Translations under genes and position numbers: made by a program
Shown: piece by piece, positions 18,283 to 26,832 of the stretch
Numbering within the stretch: the stretch's first letter is position 1
Layout: each line of letters opens with the position of its first letter
The notes under the pieces: model-generated
What the model was told of the DNA's origin: nothing
Databases searched by the model: none
The model's input: the letters and a program-made list of their open reading frames with translations, nothing else
Virus record (IMG/VR): IMGVR_UViG_3300025910_000007
Location: 20,484-84,483 of that record
Source: a virus
Direction: 5' to 3' (one strand)
DNA length: 64,000 bases

Positions 18283-18468
18283 TCATGGTTGTTTGGCAAT
18301 GTGTTTTCTTTTCAACCACCGGCGTAGGCGGATACGTTGCTTGAACCAAATACGAAGACGGGATTGCAGCTCTTCTTGTCGATTATCGAAATAAGAGAAC
18401 ATCATGTGGCGCCCCCCCTATTTTCGGCTGTTTGGTTCGCAGCCTATGCCAGAAAAAAATAAGATCAT
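18283..18468 (-). pseudogene. micro-ORF unit B (in-frame TAG at the start of a G7 tract)
   Basis: MILFFSGIGCEPNSRK*GGRHMMFSYFDNRQEELQSRLRIWF...; ATGA overlap with unit A. Confidence 0.65.
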
Positions 18469-18634
18469 TTCACTGTCCGCTGCTTTCTATGATCCCGCCA
18501 CACCCACCGTTGCTTGCTTCCTATGTTCATGTATGTCAGTAGCAACGGCAAAGACGCCCCCCCCCGTTCGCCTCTTCATCAAAAGCCCTCGCCCACTTAC
18601 CAGCCGATTCGGGGCCAGAATAAAATAGGATCAT
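18465..18634 (-). CDS. micro-ORF unit A (out of frame at a G9 tract)
   Basis: MILFYSGPESAGKWARAFDEEANGG / shift at 18557-18565 / ASLPLLLTYMNIGSKQRWVWRDHRKQRTVK*. Confidence 0.7.
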
Positions 18635-18640
18635 GGAAGA

Positions 18641-19540
18641 TCACTTGCCATTACCAGAGAAGAATCCAACGGCCGGACGGCGATTGGCTGGCTTGAATGG
18701 CCAGGGATATTCCGATAGCCACTTGCGCAGCCCCTCGAAAAACAACAGGTTGGCAATCTTGCGCTCGCTGTGGCGATTGATGACGCCATGTTCGATAACG
18801 TTGCCGTCCTTGTCGTTCTTGCCCAGCGGTACGCCAATCTGTTTCAGCCATTCCCGCACGATCCGTTGTTCACCGGGTGACAGCGTCGAGTAGTGCTTAC
18901 CCTTGGCTCGCGTAGGGGCGTCCTGCGACATGGTAATTTGGTAGGGCTCTGTTTCGTATGTGAACCTACCGCCACGCTTGTGCGGTAGCAAGATACCGCC
19001 AAACGCCCCTACCTTCGTCCACGTAGCAGAATCCACGCTCCACCACGGATAGCGCAACAAACATTCGTATCCGGTGACGGCGAATCCATGCAGTTTTACT
19101 TTCGGTAGCCGCTTTGGAGTGTCGCAAACGAAATCAAACACGCGGTCTAACCACGTTCGACATGCTGGCGATCCGAAGCTTCCTACTAGGCCGCCGATGG
19201 CGATGAACTCATAACCACGTCGAACGTAGCGACGCAGCCATTTCAGATCGGTGCGAAAATGTACCACCGGAACCGGCGCCAGTCCGTGTTCTTTTTCGAG
19301 GTACTGCTGATTACGCCATGTTAGTTCTGGTTCTGGGATCGCGTCCACATTGGCGTAATAGTCGATGTACTTTCGGTATTTCTTGACGAAGGCCGCGTAC
19401 TCATCCATGTACCGCCAGAATTCTTTGGTGTCGTAATAACTCCAGGGTGATTTTCCGTGCTTCTTTCCGTACTTCGTGGCGGCTGTCCAAAGAGAGAAGC
19501 TGCCACTGTCCAGAAAAAACAAGCCGTTTTCCGTAGTCAT
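18641..19540 (-). CDS. DpdA/TGT-like 7-deazaguanine transglycosylase paralog 2
   Basis: FFLDSGSFS, YYANVDAI, PVPVVH, IAIGGLV, KLHGFA, PWWSVDSATW; adjacent to folE/queCDE. Confidence 0.8.
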   Translation of the reverse strand: MTTENGLFFLDSGSFSLWTAATKYGKKHGKSPWSYYDTKEFWRYMDEYAAFVKKYRKYIDYYANVDAIPEPELTWRNQQYLEKEHGLAPVPVVHFRTDLKWLRRYVRRGYEFIAIGGLVGSFGSPACRTWLDRVFDFVCDTPKRLPKVKLHGFAVTGYECLLRYPWWSVDSATWTKVGAFGGILLPHKRGGRFTYETEPYQITMSQDAPTRAKGKHYSTLSPGEQRIVREWLKQIGVPLGKNDKDGNVIEHGVINRHSERKIANLLFFEGLRKWLSEYPWPFKPANRRPAVGFFSGNGK

Positions 19541-19571
19541 TTCATCTGCCGTGAAATAGATTTGTGCGGCC

Positions 19572-20510
19572 CTAGAACGATACCGAGGCTCCGGACAGCC
19601 TCGCAAGCAAGAGTCTATCAAATCGGGGACACGGTATGTCGAAAAAAGATAGCATGATGCGAGCTTTTGTTTTCAGCACCGTTTCAGGTTGTCCGCCTTT
19701 GGCTCCGGCGCCACTGTAGTAAATCTTCAGGGGCTTATAGCTTCCATCGGGTTGCAGCTTTTGCAATTGTTTCCGCAGCCATTCATAATATTTAAGGTAG
19801 CATGCGTACCAAACTCTCGGATTAGCTAAATCACCTGCGGAGAACCCTAGATGATCGAGCCATCGCAAAACAGCTCTACGATGAAGCGGAGGCAGCGTGT
19901 CGAGATGGCCTTGATTACTTTGTTTGGTATTACCGACTTTTATGATGATTGCATCCTTTTCGGCTGTCCATACACCTTTTTTCGTTAGCGGTAACACTAA
20001 ATATCCGCGGCTACCAAGATGCGCCCAACGTACTGTATCGACTGAATGCCAAGGAAACTGAGCCATCGACCGATGTCCTCCGATTCCAAAACCATGCACT
20101 TTCACTTGCGGGATTCCGCGGCTATTGCACAGCTGATCGAAAACCAGACGAATCCACTCCTTACTCGTTCTTCTAGTTGTCGAGGCTGCGATACCGCCCA
20201 GACCTATGTATCGGTAGCCCCGATTTATGTAGTGTCGAATCCACTGCAAATCTGTTCCTAGGTGTATGACTGGAACGGGAGAAAGCCCGTGCTCTTTTTC
20301 GAGATATTGCTGGTGGTCCCAAGACAACTTTGCGTCAAACATCACGTCGACATTAGCGTAGTAATCAATCGCGATTTCATTGGCATGAATAAAAGCCGCG
20401 TATTCATCCATGTACGTCTTGTAACTGGAGGCCGTCGCTTTCGATTTCTGCCAAAGTGAAAATGCGCCGGAATCTAAGAAATGTGAACGGGGCGGCCAGA
20501 ATTCGGTCAT
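19572..20510 (-). CDS. DpdA/TGT-like 7-deazaguanine transglycosylase paralog 1, with a C-terminal IYYSG...PE.VL...MLSFF module
   Basis: HFLDSGAFS, YYANVDV, PVPVIHLG, YIGLGG, KVHGFG, PWHSVD. Confidence 0.8.
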   Translation of the reverse strand: MTEFWPPRSHFLDSGAFSLWQKSKATASSYKTYMDEYAAFIHANEIAIDYYANVDVMFDAKLSWDHQQYLEKEHGLSPVPVIHLGTDLQWIRHYINRGYRYIGLGGIAASTTRRTSKEWIRLVFDQLCNSRGIPQVKVHGFGIGGHRSMAQFPWHSVDTVRWAHLGSRGYLVLPLTKKGVWTAEKDAIIIKVGNTKQSNQGHLDTLPPLHRRAVLRWLDHLGFSAGDLANPRVWYACYLKYYEWLRKQLQKLQPDGSYKPLKIYYSGAGAKGGQPETVLKTKARIMLSFFDIPCPRFDRLLLARLSGASVSF

Positions 20511-20514
20511 GGTT

Positions 20515-21096
20515 TCACCCGCGGATGAGACTGAGCAGTTCTTGGCGCACGACGGATTCACGAAAAGCCCCTGTCAATGACGATGTTACCAGTTCCGAAT
20601 GCTGTTTCTGTACACCGCGACAAACCATGCAGAAATGAGTCGCTTCCAGTATACAAGCGGCCCCCAGCGGCTTCAGATGCTCGTCCAGCGCAGCAGTCAC
20701 TTGCTGACATAGACGTTCCTGTATCTGCAAACGGCGAGCATAGATGTCGAGAATTCGTGCCAGTTTGCTTACTCCAATCACTCGTTTGTCTGGGATGTAT
20801 GCGATGTGGGCGCTACCGAAAAATGGCTGTAGGTGATGTTCGCAAACAGAATGGAATTCGACATTGCGTAACACTACCATCTCGTCGCAGGCCCCATCCT
20901 CGAACACCTTCAGCACGTCTTCGGGTTTTTGTTTGTAACCTGCGAACAGCTCATCGTAACTGCGCAGCACGCGATCTGGGGTATCTCGCAGCCCCTCGCG
21001 CTCGGGGTCGTCCCCAATGTACGTCAACAACGACAGAACGGCTTGACGGGCCTGACAGTACCAGATGGTATCGCCGGCCGGCTTCGGTTCATCCAT
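20515..21096 (-). CDS. folE: GTP cyclohydrolase I
   Basis: REGLRDTPDRV, SVCEHHLQPF, GVSKLAR, RRLQIQERL, HFCMVCRGV. Confidence 0.96.
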   Translation of the reverse strand: MDEPKPAGDTIWYCQARQAVLSLLTYIGDDPEREGLRDTPDRVLRSYDELFAGYKQKPEDVLKVFEDGACDEMVVLRNVEFHSVCEHHLQPFFGSAHIAYIPDKRVIGVSKLARILDIYARRLQIQERLCQQVTAALDEHLKPLGAACILEATHFCMVCRGVQKQHSELVTSSLTGAFRESVVRQELLSLIRG

Positions 21097-21103
21097 GCGT
21101 TCC

Positions 21104-21784
21104 TCATTTCGACAGCAATTCACAAGACAGGTAGGACAGCGGGTCTTCTGTGTTGTTGGCCGCGAACGCGGTAAGCCGCTCCTGGCAGCTTCCGCACTTG
21201 CCGCACGCGAGCGGCTGCGCCTTGTAGCAGGTGCGTGTCAGTGCGAACGGAACGTTCAGAAGCAGCCCCTCGCGCACGATGTCGTCCTTGGTAAGTTGCA
21301 GAAATGGCACTCGTAAGGAAACCTTGCCATCAGTCGCAGCAGCAATGGCTTCTCGTGCAGCGTCGATGAATCGTGGGCGACAGTCCGGATAGATGAAATG
21401 ATCCCCCGCATGAACGCCTAGATACATGGTCGCCGCTCCGACGCTCTCAGCAAGACCAGCAAGGACAGATGCGAAAATCAGGTTGCGACAGGGGACCACT
21501 GTTTGGCGCATGCTCTCTGCTTCGTAGTGTCCCTCCGGTATATCGCCACCACTCAACAACAAATCAGAACGGAATCCCGCCATGACACCAGATAAATCGA
21601 TGAGACGAAAAGACACCTCGTAGTAGCCCGCGATCTGCGATGCCGCTTGATTTTCGTATTGATTGTGCTTGGACCCATAGTAGAAGGCGACGGCCATCAG
21701 ATCGTTGGGACGGATATCTCGCAGCACTTGGGCTAGCAGCACAGTGGAATCCAAGCCGCCAGACAGCGAAACTATCGCTCGCAT
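21104..21784 (-). CDS. queC: 7-cyano-7-deazaguanine synthase
   Basis: SLSGGLDST, VPCRNLIF, YPDCRP, TCY...CGKCGSC. Confidence 0.96.
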   Translation of the reverse strand: MRAIVSLSGGLDSTVLLAQVLRDIRPNDLMAVAFYYGSKHNQYENQAASQIAGYYEVSFRLIDLSGVMAGFRSDLLLSGGDIPEGHYEAESMRQTVVPCRNLIFASVLAGLAESVGAATMYLGVHAGDHFIYPDCRPRFIDAAREAIAAATDGKVSLRVPFLQLTKDDIVREGLLLNVPFALTRTCYKAQPLACGKCGSCQERLTAFAANNTEDPLSYLSCELLSK

Positions 21785-21786
21785 AA

Positions 21787-22515
21787 CTACTCCAATCCAA
21801 CGATCTTGTGTAACTGAAGACAGAGGGTATAGCCAAAGCGTAGACAGCTGTCGACCGCTGCTTTGGTGTTGGCTGCATTCTTGACAGGATCTTGCTCATC
21901 GCAGGGCTGGACATAGACCTTGTCATGGTATTGATGCAGTGGTAAAGGACGGAAGGGGCGACAGCCGTTAAGTGTCACAGACGGCAGCCCGTCAGCCTCG
22001 ACCTGTCCGGCACTGATGACGTATTTCCATGCGTCGACGCGGCGAACGATCTCGGGTGCCACCTTTGGCGTCTTGGGGGAGCAGACGAAGTGCAACTTGG
22101 GGTGATCGTACAAAGTGGAGAGCGATGGATCGTACAACGTGCCATTCGTCTCGATTTGCACGACGAAGTTGGCCAGTGCTGTACCAATGAAATCTCCGAG
22201 CCGCTGCCGTAGCGGTTCCCCTCCGGTAATGACGATCAGGTCACGGTCGGGATGATTCGTCTGGTAGGGGCCGCGCAGTTGCTGCAACACTTCGATAATC
22301 AACTGGAATTTCGACAGAAGCCGACGACCGCTCGTGTAGTCTGTGTCGCAGAGCGGGCACTGGAGATTGCAGCCAGCCAGACGAATAAACACAGCCGGAC
22401 GTCCAGCAAATGGCCCCTCGCCCTGAACCGTGTAGAATACCGAATGGACGTCAAGCAATCCTTCGGGATGCGGCTCACTCTTTTCGATGGGCTGGACATT
22501 CGGCAGGGTAATCAC
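21787..22515 (-). CDS. queE: 7-carboxy-7-deazaguanine synthase (radical SAM)
   Basis: FYTVQGEG, CNLQCPLCDT, ITGGEP, IETNG, SPK, QLHK. Confidence 0.95.
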   Translation of the reverse strand: MITLPNVQPIEKSEPHPEGLLDVHSVFYTVQGEGPFAGRPAVFIRLAGCNLQCPLCDTDYTSGRRLLSKFQLIIEVLQQLRGPYQTNHPDRDLIVITGGEPLRQRLGDFIGTALANFVVQIETNGTLYDPSLSTLYDHPKLHFVCSPKTPKVAPEIVRRVDAWKYVISAGQVEADGLPSVTLNGCRPFRPLPLHQYHDKVYVQPCDEQDPVKNAANTKAAVDSCLRFGYTLCLQLHKIVGLE

Positions 22516-22691
22516 TGGGCTTCCTCCTGCTGCTGCTTCATGCGGTCCCGCACTTCTTGCCGCAGGATGATGACGTCATCAGGGGCGACGAACCCCAGGC
22601 GAACGCGCTTACCGATCACCTCCAGCACCGTGACCGTGATACCACCGTCCACGACAATCTGTTCGCCTTCTTTGCGACTCAGAACAAGCAT
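22512..22691 (-). CDS. csrA: carbon storage regulator CsrA/RsmA family RNA-binding protein
   Basis: Below the ORF-track size cutoff. Hand translation MLVLSRKEGEQIVVDGGITVTVLEVIGKRVRLGFVAPDDVIILRQEVRDRMKQQQEEAQ; SD AAGGAGGT; GTGA overlap with queE. Confidence 0.92.
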   Translation of the reverse strand: MLVLSRKEGEQIVVDGGITVTVLEVIGKRVRLGFVAPDDVIILRQEVRDRMKQQQEEAQ

Positions 22692-22716
22692 GATTTACCT
22701 CCTTGCTAGGACTGAT

Positions 22717-23145
22717 CTAGTATCCATGTCCGGGATAATCGGCGCAACAGGCCGGCGTTTCCCAGAGCCGCACGTTCGTTACTTCGAGCCCGCTAACCGT
22801 CAGCAGCTCTTGGCATTTTTCGTACAGTTCTCGCGCCATGTTTTCGGCGGTCGGATTGCCGTACTTGACGGCGTAAGGCGGACGTTCCTCGGTTGCTGCT
22901 AAATGGGATAGCTGCGGATCGGCGGCATTCAACAGCAGCGCATGGTCCCAATTGGCGTCCAGCCAGCCCCCAATCAACTCTTTGATCTTGCCAAAGTCGA
23001 CCACCATGCCCAGCCGATCCAAGCCGTCGGCCCGTACCGTTACCTCAGCAACGCCGCGGTGACCGTGCAGCGAACGGCACTTGCCGCCGTGCCCCAGCAC
23101 GCGGTGACCGTAGTCGAATTCCAGGCGGCGGGTAACGGTGGTCAT
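22717..23145 (-). CDS. queD: 6-carboxytetrahydropterin synthase
   Basis: FDYGHR, CRSLHGH, VDFG, DH, PTAENMA, WETP. Confidence 0.95.
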   Translation of the reverse strand: MTTVTRRLEFDYGHRVLGHGGKCRSLHGHRGVAEVTVRADGLDRLGMVVDFGKIKELIGGWLDANWDHALLLNAADPQLSHLAATEERPPYAVKYGNPTAENMARELYEKCQELLTVSGLEVTNVRLWETPACCADYPGHGY

Positions 23146-23618
23146 GTCCCCCTCGAAAATAATCCGCCAGATCGATGCGAGAGCGTTGATTTGACTGCTG
23201 CCAGCATTTTGCCGATGGGAAGGCCCACGAATGGAAAGACAAGATCAACGGAGCTGTTCGCGAACGCGGCTCGAATTGCTGCGCAATATTCCTTGCCCCC
23301 CAAACCAATCACCTGCTCGAATCTATGCAGTTTCATCCGCAAGACCTGCTCGCAAAGCAACCGAACCGCTATCGGAGATGATGATGGTCGGTTGAAAGAG
23401 ACATCGTAGGGGCCGGGAATCATGAAATCGGGCGAGATGAATCCGTATTTGGCGCTGAGTATCATCCAAACATCGCCGAACTTTTCGGCGTAACGGCGAT
23501 TCAGGCGAAACGGCCCGCCAATGTAGGCCGACTTCGCCTGAATCGCCCCGCGCCGGGGAGCGACGTCCCATGCCTTTGCCTTGCCGCATGGGACTACCAC
23601 TAGCGTCCCGCTTCCCAT
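23142..23618 (-). CDS. DUF6884-like protein
   Basis: VVPCGKAK...Y.G..F...WMILSAKYGFI...YD...GGKEY...GLPIGK. Confidence 0.7.
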   Translation of the reverse strand: MGSGTLVVVPCGKAKAWDVAPRRGAIQAKSAYIGGPFRLNRRYAEKFGDVWMILSAKYGFISPDFMIPGPYDVSFNRPSSSPIAVRLLCEQVLRMKLHRFEQVIGLGGKEYCAAIRAAFANSSVDLVFPFVGLPIGKMLAAVKSTLSHRSGGLFSRGT

Positions 23619-23626
23619 AACAGTCT

Positions 23627-26038
23627 CTACTTCGTGGCACAGCTCGGCAGGTTGTCGCCGCGCCCCCAGGCCGAAATCCAGCCGCGAATGGTGGACACCT
23701 TGACGGCTTGATTGACGGCGTTCGCGTACTCCTCAGCATTCTTGGCCGACTTGTCTTTGTTTTTCAGCCACGCCTTGTAGACCTGCTCTTTGTTCGACGG
23801 ACCGCGGACGGTGTCGCTTTTGGCGACCTTGTCCTTCTTCGCGACCTTTGCCGGCTTGGCAGCAGCTGGGGCCTTGACATGCCCATTGCTCGCGGCTTTG
23901 GGCGCATCCCCTTCCAACCCGATCTCGGTGTGCTCGCCCAGCGCCTTGCGGATGTTCGCCAGCAGGCCCTTCAGCGTCTTGTCTTCGGGCTCGCGGACGT
24001 CCGCCTCACCCATCTCGGCCAACGTGTTCAGGTTGCGCACGATGGCCACACGCTTCGCATCGCCGGCCGCTGCGAACCCCATCGCCGCCAGCAGCTCCCG
24101 GGCCTGCTTTTCGTCAACCAGCAGCTGCTTCTTCCGCTTCGTTGCCGTTGCCATGTCTTCCTCCATTGTGTCTGTAGTGGGCGATGTCGGGTATTGTATG
24201 GACTTCGCCGACTCAGGAAACACCAATCCCGCCGCCTCTGCCTGAATCAACATCTCTTCGCGATTGCTGCCCACCTTGGCCCGACCCGTCCTGCCACAGT
24301 GCGTCCGCTCGGCCGCTTCCAGGGCCGTCCCCAGGCTGCGGTAGTGCTTGGGATAGTTGCTGCCGCCCATCTTGAGGTCCAGCTCACAGACCTGCCACGT
24401 CCCACGAATGCCGTCGACCGACGAGAAGAACTCGGCGAAGAAGTAATTCTCGCCACCGGAGAGCATCGCCGTGGCCCGGCTGACGCGATAGCGTCCGCAG
24501 ACCGTCTCCCAAATCTGCCGATAGGAGGTGGCACCGACCACCCTTTTCTCGTCGAACATCCATTCCAGCCGGCCATCATCGGGCGGGCGGATACGTACCG
24601 GCACCGCATTGTCCCGTGCTGCCGGACGGGATTCCCCAGCGTTGACCCGCTTGCGAGCCGTGAAGTCGCCCTTGCGCATCATCTCGTTCGTGACGTCGCC
24701 GGGCTTCACGCCGTGCGGGGCCAGCAGTTCCGGCCAGTCCGCCCATTGATGGACGTTCGGACCGTGCAGCCAGACCAACTCGTTGACGACGTTCTGCACG
24801 TCCGTCTTCTGCGTCTTGACGACGGGCGGTGCGGGTGCGTCGGCGTTGCCTGCGCGTTTGGTCGGCACTGAAGTGTCCTCCAGAAGTCCCTCATCCAGTG
24901 CTAGTATAACCCAGCGCTCGAACTGGACGTCACCGACCGCCTCCTTGAGCGACGCCAGATCGGCCGGCACCTCGGCATCCCCTGCAACCTGATCCGCGGT
25001 CCAGCCGCTGACGATCAGGATGGCGGCGAACTCCTCGTAGGACTGCGGGACGTCGGCGACGGTGCTGGACACGGTACGCCGTTCCGCTGCCAGCATCTGC
25101 GGTACTGCGAGGGCGCCGACGGCCTTACGGGGCAGGATGATGTCGACGACGCGGTCGTAGGTTTCCTGCAACGATTCCTTCGCAGCCGCTTCCGTCCGAA
25201 ACGGTCCGGCAACGGACGTGTTGCCATCTGCGACGTAGTAGTTCGGGAATGACGCACCGTCCGATGCGACCTTCAGACCATCAGATGCCGGGGCAGGAAT
25301 ACCAGCAGCCGTAGCAGTGGCAGACGGGGCAGGACTGTCCACCGCCGGGGTAGGCGGGAAAGGGGGCTGGTCATTCCAATTGGCGGGCGGTTCACTGACG
25401 AACGCCTCGAAATCAGGGTTGGTGATGGCTTGGCCTTCCTCCTGCTTCTTGAGGTACGCGCTGATCTCATTGGCTGCACGCTGCCGGTTGGCCGCGACCT
25501 CCTCCGGCTGATCCTCCAGCTCGCTCGGGTCCAGTTCAGCATCGGGCGTCCGGTTGGCCTCGTCGTCAGCGATCAGCCGTTCCGCTTCCTCCGGCGACGG
25601 CCGCATGGGGTCGGGCTCTTCACCAAAGTAACCGCCATCCTCCTCGCGGGCCATCAGCTGCGACGCCTGCCATTCCGGGCAGTCCGTGTTACCGCAGCTG
25701 CAACCGGGCGGATGCGCCTGCACGATGGCGTCAGTCTCTTCGCCCCAGACCTTCGCCGCTGCGTTGCTCAGTTCCTCAGCGACCGCGTTCTGCTGTTCGC
25801 AGTGGGCGGCGTAGGCGCCTTCCGTCTGCTTCAGCTCGGCGTCCTGCGCCGCATGCTCTTCGGCGAACGCCTTGGCGGCGGTCAGGGACAGCCGCTTGGT
25901 GCTGATCTTGACGTCCTTGCCATCGACCATGTGGCAGACGTCGAAGAAGCGATCCTTGCGCTTCAGCAACAGGTAGGTCGTGCCCTCACTGAAGTGATTG
26001 CCGCTGTTCTCGTCCCGCGTCCAGTTCAAGCTAGCCAT
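23627..26038 (-). CDS. large multi-domain hypothetical protein (acidic N-half, basic C-terminus)
   Basis: 803-aa ORF, SD CAGGAG, strong codon bias. Confidence 0.75.
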   Translation of the reverse strand: MASLNWTRDENSGNHFSEGTTYLLLKRKDRFFDVCHMVDGKDVKISTKRLSLTAAKAFAEEHAAQDAELKQTEGAYAAHCEQQNAVAEELSNAAAKVWGEETDAIVQAHPPGCSCGNTDCPEWQASQLMAREEDGGYFGEEPDPMRPSPEEAERLIADDEANRTPDAELDPSELEDQPEEVAANRQRAANEISAYLKKQEEGQAITNPDFEAFVSEPPANWNDQPPFPPTPAVDSPAPSATATAAGIPAPASDGLKVASDGASFPNYYVADGNTSVAGPFRTEAAAKESLQETYDRVVDIILPRKAVGALAVPQMLAAERRTVSSTVADVPQSYEEFAAILIVSGWTADQVAGDAEVPADLASLKEAVGDVQFERWVILALDEGLLEDTSVPTKRAGNADAPAPPVVKTQKTDVQNVVNELVWLHGPNVHQWADWPELLAPHGVKPGDVTNEMMRKGDFTARKRVNAGESRPAARDNAVPVRIRPPDDGRLEWMFDEKRVVGATSYRQIWETVCGRYRVSRATAMLSGGENYFFAEFFSSVDGIRGTWQVCELDLKMGGSNYPKHYRSLGTALEAAERTHCGRTGRAKVGSNREEMLIQAEAAGLVFPESAKSIQYPTSPTTDTMEEDMATATKRKKQLLVDEKQARELLAAMGFAAAGDAKRVAIVRNLNTLAEMGEADVREPEDKTLKGLLANIRKALGEHTEIGLEGDAPKAASNGHVKAPAAAKPAKVAKKDKVAKSDTVRGPSNKEQVYKAWLKNKDKSAKNAEEYANAVNQAVKVSTIRGWISAWGRGDNLPSCATK

Positions 26039-26393
26039 CGTCGTCTCCTGTTGGTGGATTCTTCTCACCGCTTCAACACTGCCCTGTTCCGCAAGGTTGT
26101 TTGGGCTGCGGCTTACTCAAGTAGCCGGATCAACTCCGGCAGTTCCTCCGGCGCGATCGGCCGGAGGCTGTTCAGGTCGCCGCCGGTCAACTTGCGGTAC
26201 ACCTGACCCAACCACACCGGGCTGGGGTCATACCGCCGTCCTGCCCCTTGATGCGGTGGTATGTGGGCCGTCGCCACGATCTGCCCGTCGTGGACGGACA
26301 GCGTGCTCCAGGTGTAAGTAACCCGGCATGGTGGCGAGGTCCACATCTCTGGTTCCGTCTGGTACTTCGGCATCTTTCCATCTCCCTGCTGCA

Positions 26394-26693
26394 CTACGCA
26401 GCTTCGGTCGGGCGAAAGTGTTCGAGAATGTCTTGCGGCAGATACCTACAGGTCGAGCCGTCGCTGTTCTCGGCGTTGTGGACGAGCACCCACAGCCTCT
26501 CGTGAGCTTCACCGATCTCGAAGCACAGCCCCTTGCTGCCAATGACTGCCTGACAACCGGCAACAAACCCCAACGCCCATCCCGTCACAGACGCGGTAGT
26601 CACTGTTTTGGAAGGTACGAACTCTGCCCACCAAGGACGATCAGCGTAGGGTCCGGCGTCTGGGAAAACCCCTGCGGTTCGGATTGGATGCAT
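26394..26693 (-). CDS. hypothetical early protein
   Basis: First ORF after the promoter motif, SD CAGGAG. Confidence 0.6.
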   Translation of the reverse strand: MHPIRTAGVFPDAGPYADRPWWAEFVPSKTVTTASVTGWALGFVAGCQAVIGSKGLCFEIGEAHERLWVLVHNAENSDGSTCRYLPQDILEHFRPTEAA

Positions 26694-26734
26694 TGCTGTT
26701 CTCCTGTTTTCGTTTCCCGCGTTCCCTTATCTAC

Positions 26735-26767
26735 CCTTAATCTTACCGTCAGGTTAGAATAAAGCAA
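26735..26767 (-). promoter_or_regulatory. conserved phage promoter/operator, copy 1
   Basis: Minus strand TTGCTT-tattctaacctgacgg-TAAGAT-taagg. Confidence 0.75.
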
Positions 26768-26832
26768 TAGCTGTTGCACCTTTTTTCTGAAATAATTTTC
26801 CGGTTCAAGCTCAGCCAATTTCCCCAGCTTAC

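Noticed and set aside
18418-18420. Genome-wide amber (TAG) recoding
   Set aside because: Many genes end normally at TAG (for example thyA, queC, queE, queD, terL) and long genes are not interrupted; this is a single local event.
17389-18634. Diversity-generating retroelement or invertase shufflon
   Set aside because: No reverse transcriptase or site-specific recombinase is in the window, the units differ far beyond adenine positions, all are co-oriented, and no repeated crossover sites are visible.
23708-26206. Long plus-strand ORFs opposite the 803-aa gene (likewise 4303-5127, 56525-57538, 62150-63064)
   Set aside because: Antisense shadows of GC3-biased genes, with no motifs or SD support.
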